From positions 1-35,858 of IMG/VR virus record IMGVR_UViG_3300005893_000001: 35,858 nucleotides of DNA, one strand, 5' to 3'. How positions within the stretch are numbered: position 1 is the first letter of the stretch; each line of letters begins with the position of its first letter. The position numbers were made by a program, and so were the translations under genes. Source of the DNA: a virus. The notes under the pieces were generated by a model. It searched no databases, was not told the origin of the DNA, and saw nothing but the letters and a program-made list of their open reading frames with translations. This document shows, piece by piece, positions 16,545 through 26,204 of this stretch.

Positions 16545-18886
16545 ATAGCTCAATTTTAAAATACGCTTCTCCAGAAAAAGAAGAAAAGAAGGGTATAGAA
16601 AAATACGCTAGTCAACCATCTACACAAGAGGATTCAGGAAATGACATCTTTGCTTCAGAGCATATGCAAGAAGTTGAAAGACGCTTTAGACAAGGTCTTA
16701 GGGCTTTTGGGTCTGGATTAGGCGGTCTTCCTAAGATTGTAGCGGATATTCCTCAAACGGCTGCTAATGAGCTTTATAGGCTCTTTGCAGGAGAATATCC
16801 CACACCTTCACAACCGGGAACTGCTACTTACGAAACAGCACAGAACTTTGCTAGCCCACTAGATTTTCTACCTACTCCTCAAGACATACAACAATATATT
16901 GACGCATCAACAGGCGGTCAATACGCTCCTCAGAACTCTCAAGAGGAATTCGTAAGCCAACTTCTTACGGGCGCGGGAGCGGGTGCACCATTTGGTTTAG
17001 CAGGAGCAGCTTTTGGAGCTGGATTTACGCAGCTTGAACCAGCTTTAGATTATATTGGTGCTCCTGAACGTGTCAAAGCAGGTGCAAATTTATTGGCTCA
17101 AGCAGCTCCATTCATAGCAAAAGTTCCACGTGGAACAAAATCCCCACAATATAGCGCAGCAAAGCTATCAGCTTATGAGAGAATGGGACTCAATCCATCG
17201 ACAACACCTCTCTTCACTGAGGAAGCAACATTGAGCCGTGGCCAAAAGACGGCGATGAAGACAAACGTTGCAAAGAGTGCCTTCCAGAAAGATTTGAAAG
17301 ACATTGGAAAGGGTGCTTCTGAAGGATTTAAATCACTTTCCGAAAAAGTATCATCCAAAACATTCGAAGACCTTAGCAGTCAAGACATCGGATTGCCAAT
17401 TCCAGAAAGTTTAAAGGGTACGGCTCTTACAGAGATTCAAAACAAAGTTTCCCCTTCCGAATCCGCTCTATCTTCAGCCGATCAAGTTACCTCAGCAATA
17501 GACTCAACAATCAAAGGGCTTCGCGACGCAGCAAGAGAGCGCTACCAGTTCGTCGATGAAGTAGCAGGGAATGAAATCATCGACACGGCTCCAGTAGTAC
17601 GCTCAGCAGCGGCTATTAAACGCCGTCTAGAGCGTCCAGGTGAGTTTAAAGCAGATGTAACCAAGCGAGTGCTTACTAGCGTAGATAACCTCCTAAAAGA
17701 GATCGCCTACCCCACATCGGAAGGAAGATTCGTATCTCAAGAGATACCAATCTCAAAAGTCACCGCTCTTAAGCAAGAGATCAACCGCCTACAGAACTTC
17801 GACGTTCCCGACCAAGGTCTTAAAAACGAGCTAGGAAGACTTGGACAGGAGATGAATACTCTTGTACGAGAGAAGCTTGCCGAGAATCCAGAGGCACTCG
17901 ACGCTTACAATACCGCAGAGGCTCTATGGGCCGAGCAGGGTGAGAAGTTCGGCACTAAGTCCCCTTCTGTCTATAAGGCTAGATTCGAGACGAGAGCGCC
18001 TGAAGAGATGTTTAATGCTAAGAATCCTTCCGAGATAAGGGATTTTGCCAGAGCTTTAGAAGACACCGAGCAGGGACAGCAAGCTTTCTCCTCTTATTTG
18101 AAAGAGGTGATGAAGAGAAACGATAAGGCAAGTGATGTTGACTTTCTCCAAGAGGTTCATCGCGTTGTACCCGAACGTTTCAAAGAAGCCGTCGAAGATC
18201 AAATTAAAGTCATAGAGCCAACCTCTGATATTTCGATCAAATCTCGTAGTTTGGACAAGATTCGGCAAGATGTAGTCGAAGGCCTTCGAGTTACTGGAGA
18301 GCTACCCAAATACATTTCAGACTACGCAGGAACGCTTAAAGGACGCGATACACTCAGGAAGGCTTTAGGAAACTCACCAGAAGCAAAGCAGGTGCTACAG
18401 TCTATAGACAGAGCCTATGTGCAAAAGCTTCTAGACGGGTCGCTAAAGAATGACGGCACTCTAGATGTCAAATCCATTAAAGAACTTGCATCGAACAAGT
18501 CTACGCAGCCCGTCTTACGAGAAATAATGGGGCAAGAGGGCGTTCAGTTTATGCAGGACTTGGGAACCATCGCCGAGTCTGTGCATCAGGTACTTGAAAA
18601 ATATCCCAACATCGAGAAGCCCACCAATACGGCCTTGGATTTTCTTGCTAAGAATGCAATAGGTATATTGTTTGGAGGCAAAGCTAGCAAAGCTCTAGTT
18701 GGGACAAAGTTAATAGCTCAAGGTGGAAAAAACGCCTATGCCTCTATTCTCTTGAATAAGAAAGCAAGAGGGGCTATGCGTGATCTTCAGAAAGCTCAAA
18801 AAATGCCAGACTCAAAAGCTAAAATAGGACTGATAACAGGTAGCTTGAAGACGATACAAGAGGAATTGGGAGATGAGCTTGAATGA
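16541..18886 (+). CDS. Large putative internal virion/ejection protein (781 aa)
   Basis: ATGA coupling. Long helical protein immediately before the fibre genes. No enzymatic motif recognised. Confidence 0.5.
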   Translation: MNSSILKYASPEKEEKKGIEKYASQPSTQEDSGNDIFASEHMQEVERRFRQGLRAFGSGLGGLPKIVADIPQTAANELYRLFAGEYPTPSQPGTATYETAQNFASPLDFLPTPQDIQQYIDASTGGQYAPQNSQEEFVSQLLTGAGAGAPFGLAGAAFGAGFTQLEPALDYIGAPERVKAGANLLAQAAPFIAKVPRGTKSPQYSAAKLSAYERMGLNPSTTPLFTEEATLSRGQKTAMKTNVAKSAFQKDLKDIGKGASEGFKSLSEKVSSKTFEDLSSQDIGLPIPESLKGTALTEIQNKVSPSESALSSADQVTSAIDSTIKGLRDAARERYQFVDEVAGNEIIDTAPVVRSAAAIKRRLERPGEFKADVTKRVLTSVDNLLKEIAYPTSEGRFVSQEIPISKVTALKQEINRLQNFDVPDQGLKNELGRLGQEMNTLVREKLAENPEALDAYNTAEALWAEQGEKFGTKSPSVYKARFETRAPEEMFNAKNPSEIRDFARALEDTEQGQQAFSSYLKEVMKRNDKASDVDFLQEVHRVVPERFKEAVEDQIKVIEPTSDISIKSRSLDKIRQDVVEGLRVTGELPKYISDYAGTLKGRDTLRKALGNSPEAKQVLQSIDRAYVQKLLDGSLKNDGTLDVKSIKELASNKSTQPVLREIMGQEGVQFMQDLGTIAESVHQVLEKYPNIEKPTNTALDFLAKNAIGILFGGKASKALVGTKLIAQGGKNAYASILLNKKARGAMRDLQKAQKMPDSKAKIGLITGSLKTIQEELGDELE

Positions 18887-18992
18887 TAAATTACTCATCA
18901 TCTCCAAAGAAACAATCGAAAAAACACCATATATCGATCAAAAATGCAAACATAATAAATTTCCTTGTTTTAGGGTTAAGTTATAAGAAAGG

Positions 18993-19085
18993 CTAGGGAT
19001 GCTCCTCATAGGGTGGCCTACGATCCAGTTTCATAATGAGGCAAAAGAAAGCGTAAACCGCTACACATGAAAGAAAAATTAACAT
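18993..19085 (-). CDS. Micro-ORF (30 aa, hydrophobic) behind conserved promoter copy C
   Basis: MLIFLSCVAVYAFFCLIMKLDRRPPYEEHP, preceded by the conserved leader ATAACAAAACAAGGAGA. A second 20-aa ORF (18891..18953, MFAFLIDIWCFFDCFFGDDE) follows with AAGGAA. Confidence 0.3.
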   Translation of the reverse strand: MLIFLSCVAVYAFFCLIMKLDRRPPYEEHP

Positions 19086-19144
19086 GTTAAATCTCCTTGT
19101 TTTGTTATGAGACAAGTATAACAAAAAGAACCCAACCCCGTCAA
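19086..19144 (-). promoter_or_regulatory. Conserved promoter/operator/leader module, copy C (points antisense into the late operon)
   Basis: Minus strand: -35 TTGACG (19139-19144), 18 nt, TG-extended -10 TATACT (19115-19120). Inverted repeat TTGTTAT-N9-ATAACAA (core 19104-19122). Confidence 0.5.
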
Positions 19145-19210
19145 TAAGACGAATTATTTTACTGGTTGGCAAATAAAAATTAACCTATAACCTCTAATGG
19201 AGGGGGAAAA

Positions 19211-20791
19211 ATGGCTAACAAAAGATTTTATCAAACGCCGGGCGGGATTAAGCAATATAACTTACCTGACCTCGTGCAAGCTCAAGTTGCTCCTACTACA
19301 TCCGATCGCTATCAAGTTGGTACCCTCTGGGTCAACGAAGCAACAGGTAACGCCTATCAGCTCACCCAATACTCAGGTGGAAACCCCGTTTGGAGCGTTC
19401 TTGGCGGTGCGACAGGCGCAGTAGCAACCTTAACAGGTGACTCAGGCGTTGCAACTCCTGTAGCGGGCAACATCAACATTCTCACTGGTGCTAATCTAAC
19501 AACACTTGGCGCAGCTGATGATGTTACAATCAGCCTAGACACCACAATCAGCGGGCTTACTTCTGTAACCTCTACCTCTTTCGTAACAGGTTCAGCAACT
19601 GAAGGAGTGACCTACACAGGCAACTCTATCACTGCAACAGGTTCAGACGCTGCAATCAACCTAGAGCTTACTCCTAAAGGCACAGGCGACGTTAACGTTA
19701 CAGTAGGCGACCTTGTTGACCTAGCAGGTGACATCATCGCAACAAGAAGTGATGCTGGTGTAGACGTAACACTTGAAGCGACAAACTCAGACAATACAAA
19801 CGGCGCTTCTAATGCGTTTGTTGAGCTTGCAACTGGTGGTGCTTCTTCTGGAGATGCGGGCGTAAGATTCCAAGTTTCCGGTGTTGCTACTAACTGGAGC
19901 GCAGGACTCGACAATAGCGATTCAGATGCTTTTGTTATCTCTGGAGACAATGCGATTGGTACAGCTAATGCGATGCGTATCGACCACACTACCTTAGATA
20001 TACAGTTTCCAGGTGGAAACGTAGACATCACAGCAGGTAACCTAACAGTTAGCGGCTCTATTACCGCCGACGACATCGTTGAAAACATAACAGGTATAAC
20101 CTTCTCTCAAAGCCCTATTCTTCAATCAGCAGCAAATACAGGAGCAGCCCCTTCCGGTGCTACTGGTGACGTTAACGTGATGATGATCCAAGGTGGTCTT
20201 GTCATGGAGCAATTCATCCTAGGTGCTGGTCAAACGATCATCGCTCCTAGAATGACATCTACAGGTCTCCTTACTTCTCTTGACCTAACCAACGCTGAAG
20301 GTGCCGAGTACAACTTCGGAGCGGCTCTAAGCAACTCACCTTTTGCATTCACCATCGGAACAAGCCCGGCTTTCTATATCGAGCTAGCAGTCAACGCGGC
20401 AGACGTAGGAGGCCTAGATCCTTTCGTTGTAGGTTTCAGAAAGGCGCAGGCAAACGCTGCTACTTTCACCGACTACACCGATTTTGCAACAATCGGAGCA
20501 AGAGCAACAACCGCAGCAGACGTTATCGTCCTTCAAACAGACCTTAACAACGCTGGTGAGACAATCACCAACACAACAGACGCGTGGACAGATGGTCAGA
20601 CAAAGACACTGAAAGTTCTCGTTTCTGCAGCTGGTGTTGTGACCTATACAATCGACGGGCTTGCTCCTACTGTTACAGCGGCCTTTACATTTGATAACGC
20701 GGACGTAGTTGTACCTTTCATCCGACATGAGTTCGGCGCTACTACACCGGGAGCTATCAACTGGGTATCTCTAGCAATTGGTTTTCAATAA
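19211..20791 (+). CDS. Tail fibre protein
   Basis: SD GGAGGG. N-terminal GTLWVNEATGNAYQLTQYSGGNPVW anchor-like motif. DSGVATPVAGNINILTG module. T/G/A/N-rich beta-rich composition. Confidence 0.75.
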   Translation: MANKRFYQTPGGIKQYNLPDLVQAQVAPTTSDRYQVGTLWVNEATGNAYQLTQYSGGNPVWSVLGGATGAVATLTGDSGVATPVAGNINILTGANLTTLGAADDVTISLDTTISGLTSVTSTSFVTGSATEGVTYTGNSITATGSDAAINLELTPKGTGDVNVTVGDLVDLAGDIIATRSDAGVDVTLEATNSDNTNGASNAFVELATGGASSGDAGVRFQVSGVATNWSAGLDNSDSDAFVISGDNAIGTANAMRIDHTTLDIQFPGGNVDITAGNLTVSGSITADDIVENITGITFSQSPILQSAANTGAAPSGATGDVNVMMIQGGLVMEQFILGAGQTIIAPRMTSTGLLTSLDLTNAEGAEYNFGAALSNSPFAFTIGTSPAFYIELAVNAADVGGLDPFVVGFRKAQANAATFTDYTDFATIGARATTAADVIVLQTDLNNAGETITNTTDAWTDGQTKTLKVLVSAAGVVTYTIDGLAPTVTAAFTFDNADVVVPFIRHEFGATTPGAINWVSLAIGFQ

Positions 20792-20814
20792 CCATTAAGG
20801 ATTTGAGGTAACAA

Positions 20815-21147
20815 ATGGCATTCGGAAGAAGAGCACAATGGGAAGCCATCCGCACAAGGGCGGCTTCCACTTTCAACGGGTCTTATCAAACGTTTGGGTC
20901 AGTGCTTGCACATCCCGCCGTTTTGCTTAAGATCATCAACAACACAAACGTTGATGTAACCGTATCGCTGGACGGAACGACAGACCAGATTTTCATTCCG
21001 GACGGTACTTTTACGCTTTACGATATTAATACTAACCATCAAGATGAAAACATCTTCGCAGCCGCAGCCGGTACGCAATTCTATGTGAAGGGCGCAAACG
21101 GAACAGGAGACGTTTATCTTGAGGTAGTTTATAGCTATAGGGTGTAG
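20815..21147 (+). CDS. Hypothetical fibre-cluster protein (110 aa)
   Basis: Own SD. Located between fibre genes. Confidence 0.5.
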   Translation: MAFGRRAQWEAIRTRAASTFNGSYQTFGSVLAHPAVLLKIINNTNVDVTVSLDGTTDQIFIPDGTFTLYDINTNHQDENIFAAAAGTQFYVKGANGTGDVYLEVVYSYRV

Positions 21148-21684
21148 ATGAGCCAAGCTGGTGCTTTAAGTTCAGGGGGTAGCGGAGGGTCGCCGATCGA
21201 GCAAATCGATGCCGATACGGGAAGCGCTACCCCAGTGGCGGGAGTAATAAATCTCCTTGGTGATTCTAATAGTGATAACGTCACCGAGGGGATAACTACT
21301 GCAGCCAGTGGAAACACTGTAACCGTTCTTTTAACCAATCGCATCGAGGGTTCTAATACCACAGTAGGCGCGACAACGGAGACGGTGAACAGTTACAACT
21401 TACCCGCTGTTGCAGGCTCTTATCAGGTATTCACGCAAATAAGCGGCTATGAGTCTACAGGGCCGGGCTATGCAGGGATAACGATTCAAGGGTGTGTTGG
21501 TACTACAGGAGCAGCAACAGCTCTTGTGGGTGTTCCTACGATCAACTACACTGCATCCGCTGCTCTCGGTGCGATCGTCGCTGAGTTATCAGTATCTGGT
21601 AACCAGCTGATGGTTGACGTTACAGGCGTTGCAGGATTGACTATAGATTGGGTTGCTTTAACACATTTCACGGTGGCTAGCTAA
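21148..21684 (+). CDS. Fibre-like protein (178 aa)
   Basis: IDADTGSATPVAGVINLLG module shared with neighbouring fibre genes. Confidence 0.6.
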   Translation: MSQAGALSSGGSGGSPIEQIDADTGSATPVAGVINLLGDSNSDNVTEGITTAASGNTVTVLLTNRIEGSNTTVGATTETVNSYNLPAVAGSYQVFTQISGYESTGPGYAGITIQGCVGTTGAATALVGVPTINYTASAALGAIVAELSVSGNQLMVDVTGVAGLTIDWVALTHFTVAS

Positions 21685-22520
21685 TGGCTGGAAATTTCAA
21701 TGGTACAATTTACGGAGATAACGTAGATTTTAGTGGTGGTACTCCAATCACAGGAAAAGTAACCACGGATGGACAGCTACTTATCGGTGCTACTGCCGCT
21801 CCTAATATTAGGGTGGCTACGCTTACTGAAGGCACTGGAATAGACATTGTAAACGCTGCAGGCAGCATTACAATCAGCTTCGATGGAAGCGAAGTACCCA
21901 CCATCCCTCTCAGTTTCCCTACAGATTCTGGAACAGCAACACCAGCCGCAAATGCTCTAACAGTCGCTGGTGGAACTGGAATGAACACTTCCGGAGCTGC
22001 TGCTACCGTCACTATCAATCTCGACGTACCTGTTGACGAGACAAATGGCGGAACTGCGCAGACCACATATGCAACGGGCGATATCCTATATGCCTCTGCT
22101 GCTGATACGCTCTCTAAGCTCACTATAGGAAGCGCCGGAGAAGTTCTAACTGTCACTGGTGGCGTCCCTACGTGGGAACCTGCAGCAGGAGGGGCAATCA
22201 CTTGGAACGAAGTAACAGGAACGTCTCAAAACGCAGCTGTTAACAACGCATACATAGCAAACAATGGATCTCTAGTCACTATTACTCTTCCTTCTACTTT
22301 TGCAGTCGGTGATATTGTTTGGGTAGTCGGTAAAGGATCTGGTCTTTGGAGATTAGCTGCAAATACAGGTGATACAATTCACTTTGGTAGCCAAGACACA
22401 ACAGCTGGAGGATCACTTACTGCAACGAACCGATATGATGCAGTGCAAGTGGTTGGGATGACAGCAAATAGTGATTGGGTCTGTACAGGAATTTCTCAAG
22501 GTAATTTAACGGTAGCTTAG
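21684..22520 (+). CDS. Fibre / receptor-binding-like protein (278 aa)
   Basis: DSGTATPAANALTVAGGTG module and GEVLTVTGGVPTWEP motif. The C-terminal ~105 aa are paralogous to the C-terminus of 23882..25285. Confidence 0.65.
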   Translation: MAGNFNGTIYGDNVDFSGGTPITGKVTTDGQLLIGATAAPNIRVATLTEGTGIDIVNAAGSITISFDGSEVPTIPLSFPTDSGTATPAANALTVAGGTGMNTSGAAATVTINLDVPVDETNGGTAQTTYATGDILYASAADTLSKLTIGSAGEVLTVTGGVPTWEPAAGGAITWNEVTGTSQNAAVNNAYIANNGSLVTITLPSTFAVGDIVWVVGKGSGLWRLAANTGDTIHFGSQDTTAGGSLTATNRYDAVQVVGMTANSDWVCTGISQGNLTVA

Positions 22521-23200
22521 TGGCAACACAGAACAAAGTAAATAACAGTCTTGGAACCACATCCTACGCGGTAATATGTGGTGGTACCACTGCTAGCGGA
22601 GCAGTTCAACCAGTTGCATCAGTTGGAACAAGCGGCCAAGTTCTAAAATCAAATGGGGCTGCTGCGCTTCCATCTTTTCAAGATATCACAGGTCAGGGCG
22701 CATTAGTACAAATTGGAGCAACGCAAACAGCTAGCAACTCAGCCACCATAGATTTCACATCTGGTATAGACACAACTTATGACACCTATCTTGTGGTGTG
22801 TTCAAATGTTGTCCCTGCATCTGCCACAGGGTTTTTTGCTAGATTTTCAGTCGATGGTGGAAGCAATTATTTATCAACGAATTATCAATCGGGATCTATC
22901 TTTCATACCTACAACTCAGCAACTGTTTTCAATGATAACTCTACAAGCGGTATACAACTTTCTGGCGGCCAAGTGACGACATCCACTGTTGGGATAAGTG
23001 TTTGGGTTTGGTTTTATGGTTTAGCTACATCAAACCAACCTAAAGTGTATGCAATAGGTTACTGGAATAATGGAGGGCCTGTTTCTGGTAGATACATAAC
23101 CAAAAACACAACAACTTCAGGTGTTAATGCTCTTCGATTTGCTATGAATACAGGTAATATAAGCTCTGGAAGTTTTACTCTTTTTGGTTTAAGAAAGTAG
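22520..23200 (+). CDS. Receptor-binding-like protein, paralogue 1 (226 aa, GTG start)
   Basis: MATQNKVNNSLGTTSYAVICGGTTASGAVQPVASVGTSGQVLKSNGAAALPSFQ ... SGVNALRFAMNTGNISSGSFTLFGL. Same length and end motifs as the next gene. Confidence 0.6.
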   Translation: MATQNKVNNSLGTTSYAVICGGTTASGAVQPVASVGTSGQVLKSNGAAALPSFQDITGQGALVQIGATQTASNSATIDFTSGIDTTYDTYLVVCSNVVPASATGFFARFSVDGGSNYLSTNYQSGSIFHTYNSATVFNDNSTSGIQLSGGQVTTSTVGISVWVWFYGLATSNQPKVYAIGYWNNGGPVSGRYITKNTTTSGVNALRFAMNTGNISSGSFTLFGLRK

Positions 23201-23204
23201 GTAT

Positions 23205-23885
23205 ATGGCAACACAAAATAGTGTAAATAACAGCTTAGGAACAACTGCATATGCTGTGATTTGCGGAGGAACAACCGCCACTGGAGCAGTTCAGCCAATA
23301 GCCTCTTTAGGTTCAAGTGGTCAAGTTCTTACCTCCAATGGAGCAGGCGCTCTTCCTACAATGCAAACAGCTCCTACAGCTGGCGGTATTGTACTAATTG
23401 AGACACAAACAGCTTCAAGCTCAGCAAACTTAAGTTTCACAACCGGAATTTCTTCGACTTATACTTCATACTTATTTGTGTTGAACTCAGTCATACCTGC
23501 AACGAATGCTCAAGTTCTGAATCTCACCTTCTCTGTAGATGGAGGATCTAACTATCTTGCAACGAACTATCTAGCTGGAGTCAACACCAACGCTTACAAC
23601 AGTGCTACGATTTCGAACGCAAACTCAACGACAACTATCCCTCTTACAGGATCACAAGTAAACACTGCTGCAATCGGGGTGAGTGGAAATATTTATTTAT
23701 ACAATATCACCACTGCAAACAATCCAGAAATGGTTTCCAATATCAATTGGAATGACGGCACAACTAGATTCGCTGTGGGAATTGCTAGCAACTCAACTAC
23801 TTCAGGAGTAAATGCATTCCGATTTGCTTTCGCCAGCGGAAACATCTCCTCAGGAACAATTTCACTGTATGGAATTACAAAATGA
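23205..23885 (+). CDS. Receptor-binding-like protein, paralogue 2 (226 aa)
   Basis: MATQNSVNNSLGTTAYAVICGGTTATGAVQPIASLGSSGQVLTSNGAGALPTMQ ... SGVNAFRFAFASGNISSGTISLYGI. Confidence 0.6.
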   Translation: MATQNSVNNSLGTTAYAVICGGTTATGAVQPIASLGSSGQVLTSNGAGALPTMQTAPTAGGIVLIETQTASSSANLSFTTGISSTYTSYLFVLNSVIPATNAQVLNLTFSVDGGSNYLATNYLAGVNTNAYNSATISNANSTTTIPLTGSQVNTAAIGVSGNIYLYNITTANNPEMVSNINWNDGTTRFAVGIASNSTTSGVNAFRFAFASGNISSGTISLYGITK

Positions 23886-25285
23886 GCAGCCCACTCAACA
23901 ACCAACGTCAAGCCAAGCTCGAGAAATATTTCTACGTCCCGTTTGTTCAAAGGACATTCGAGCCTAGAGGCGCTTCTCCTCTTCTTTCAACAGATGTTAA
24001 GAACCCCCAAACGAACAAGTTCTACGACGTTGGTACGATTTGGTTAGATACGACGGCTGGAGACTTCTACATTCTTGAGAGTATCGATGACACGGCTCGC
24101 TGGGTGATCATTGCGGGATCTGGAACAAACCCAACCTCTCTCGATGCAGATGACGGCAACACCGCGGCTCCTTCCGGTGGTATCATCAGTGTATTCGGAA
24201 ACGTAGTAGCTAACGCAACACACGCGAAAGCAGTCTTCACCCGTGCAGATATAGCCAACACTCTCGATATAGACGTTCAGGTCGCAAATGACATAGCCTC
24301 TACAGACGTCACGAAGGTAGGTCTTGCAGCATTCGATAGCTCTCAATTCACAGTTGACGCCAATGGATTCGTTCAACTTGTTGGTTCTGGAGCAGGAATA
24401 CAACTTATAAACACCGATGACGGCTCTCAAGTCATTCCAGATGGTGGTGGTGAGATTAGCTCAATTGGTAACGTTGTCGCCAACGGAACGCATGCTAAAG
24501 CGGTATACTTTCATCGTGATTCGGTCACAACAAACGAGCTTGACTTAGACGTTCAAATATCGGCTGCAATTGCCGCAACAGATGTAACAAGCGTCGGACT
24601 AGCAGCCTTTAACGACGCACAATTTTCGGTAGATGCAAATGGTTTCGTTTCGCTTACAGGTGGTATTACTCCTCCTACTCTTGGTCTTACTCCTGACGCT
24701 TTTACCGGTCCGGGCACTGATCCTGTTGTTCCCGACGGATCGGGAAACATCGATGTTACAGGAGTTCAAGTCGCTACTGGAACAACAGCACAGGGACTTC
24801 GCACAAACTCGACAGCCGCAAACCAACTTAGATTAGAGATACAGCGATCTACATCGAATGCAACTACCAACGCCGATCTAAATGGTATTTCTCACTTCGA
24901 CAATGACTATTTCACCGTAGACGGAAACGCTTTCGTCTCATTGACAGGCATTTCCTCTTTCTTCTGGATCGAGGTCACGGGAACATCTGATAGCATGGTT
25001 GTAAACCGCGGCTACGTAGCCAACAACGCTGGCCTTGTCACGCTCACTTTGCCCGTCACTGCAGCTTTCGGAACAGTCATCAGAGTCGCAGGAAAGGGCG
25101 CAGGACTGTGGCGTATCGCCCAGAACGCCTCACAGCAAATACACGTTGGCTCTGTAAGCACAACCGCAGGCGTAGGCGGCCGTATCGACGCAGCAGATAG
25201 AAGAGATTGTATAGAGCTTCTCTGCATTGTAGCCGATACAGAATGGGAAACACTCAGCTCAGTTGGAACGCTCACTATCACTTAA
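23882..25285 (+). CDS. Tail fibre protein (467 aa) with internal repeats
   Basis: Three internal copies of the D.G...P.GG.I...G module, each followed by VGLAAFDSSQFTVDANGFVQL-type motifs that are common in phage fibres. C-terminal domain paralogous to that of 21684..22520. Confidence 0.7.
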   Translation: MSSPLNNQRQAKLEKYFYVPFVQRTFEPRGASPLLSTDVKNPQTNKFYDVGTIWLDTTAGDFYILESIDDTARWVIIAGSGTNPTSLDADDGNTAAPSGGIISVFGNVVANATHAKAVFTRADIANTLDIDVQVANDIASTDVTKVGLAAFDSSQFTVDANGFVQLVGSGAGIQLINTDDGSQVIPDGGGEISSIGNVVANGTHAKAVYFHRDSVTTNELDLDVQISAAIAATDVTSVGLAAFNDAQFSVDANGFVSLTGGITPPTLGLTPDAFTGPGTDPVVPDGSGNIDVTGVQVATGTTAQGLRTNSTAANQLRLEIQRSTSNATTNADLNGISHFDNDYFTVDGNAFVSLTGISSFFWIEVTGTSDSMVVNRGYVANNAGLVTLTLPVTAAFGTVIRVAGKGAGLWRIAQNASQQIHVGSVSTTAGVGGRIDAADRRDCIELLCIVADTEWETLSSVGTLTIT

Positions 25286-25294
25286 AGGAAAATT

Positions 25295-25915
25295 ATGGCA
25301 GTTAACAACAGCAGCAACTTAAGGCAAATCGACACCGACAGCGGTAGCGCAATCGTCACGGCAGCCGTCCCTAATTGGGAAGTGGTTGGTGGTACAGGCA
25401 TATCAACAAGCGCCAGCGGCAATACGATCACCATCACTAACACCGCTGGAGCCTCTTCTCTTGTTCAGCAGGTACGCGCTCAGAGCAACGCTTCTGTAAG
25501 CACTACTAAAACTCTTTCTTCAACTACAACGACTCCAACAACATCAAACACTGATCTTGTTTTATCAGCTACCATTACACCTACAAGCGCATCAAACTTT
25601 CTTGTGATCGACTTCATAACACCTTATAGCGCTGATACAGACGGAGTTATTCAATTTTGCTTATTTCAAGGGACAACTTTCTTAACTGGTTTTCCCATGT
25701 GGCAAAATGGAGCTAGCGTTGGAGCGGAAAGAAACACATATATGAATTTCACTTACTACTTACAAGCTCCTTCTACATCAGCAACAACATATAACGTATA
25801 TTGGGCCTCCTCTGCTGGAGCTACTTTAAGGACACTCCAAAACTCAAGCGGAACATCCTTTTATAATGGCTCAAATACAAAAACACAGATTATCATCACG
25901 GAGATCGCCGTATGA
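25295..25915 (+). CDS. Fibre-like protein (206 aa)
   Basis: IDTDSGSAIVTAAVPNWEVVGGTGISTSASGNTITITNT module. S/T-rich. Confidence 0.55.
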   Translation: MAVNNSSNLRQIDTDSGSAIVTAAVPNWEVVGGTGISTSASGNTITITNTAGASSLVQQVRAQSNASVSTTKTLSSTTTTPTTSNTDLVLSATITPTSASNFLVIDFITPYSADTDGVIQFCLFQGTTFLTGFPMWQNGASVGAERNTYMNFTYYLQAPSTSATTYNVYWASSAGATLRTLQNSSGTSFYNGSNTKTQIIITEIAV

Positions 25916-26067
25916 AATCCTTATCACTTTTTCTTACACTTGCAATACTCACTGGATGCGGTTTAAACGTGGCAATACGCGCAGGCATTGACATCGACCC
26001 AAGCATTGAAAGATTAACTAACGACATCCGTCAAATAATGGATGAGCAAAAAGGGGACAAAGAATGA
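25912..26067 (+). CDS. Small lipoprotein (51 aa)
   Basis: Not in the track (under 60 aa). MKSLSLFLTLAILTGCGLNV... with lipobox LTGC. ATGA overlap with the upstream stop. Confidence 0.55.
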   Translation: MKSLSLFLTLAILTGCGLNVAIRAGIDIDPSIERLTNDIRQIMDEQKGDKE

Positions 26068-26204
26068 GAAAGCAGACAATGGCAGATCGCATGGACGAAT
26101 CACTTGGCATGCGAAGAGGAAAAGAGTCAAAGAAAAAGCAAAGCTACAAGTCTCGCCGTGACGAGTCTAAGGGCGCTAAAAAGAAGAAGAAGGGCTGCAA
26201 ATGA
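26064..26204 (+). CDS. Small polybasic protein (46 aa)
   Basis: MRKQTMADRMDESLGMRRGKESKKKQSYKSRRDESKGAKKKKKGCK. ATGA coupling. The DESLGMR..GKES core resembles a recurrent small phage/bacterial protein family (from memory). Confidence 0.45.
   Translation: MRKQTMADRMDESLGMRRGKESKKKQSYKSRRDESKGAKKKKKGCK

Noticed and set aside
19612-20088. Long minus-strand ORFs inside the fibre genes (19612..20088 and 21710..22201; similar cases at 477..842, 15746..16108 and 16008..16346)
   Set aside because: They lie fully antisense to much longer, motif-bearing plus-strand genes. They have S/P/A/V-rich shadow composition and lack SD sequences. They are treated as shadow ORFs of GC-rich third-position coding regions.
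19211-25915. A diversity-generating retroelement acting on the fibre cluster
   Set aside because: No reverse transcriptase gene exists in the genome. I saw no near-identical template/variable repeat pair; the shared modules are diverged paralogues.
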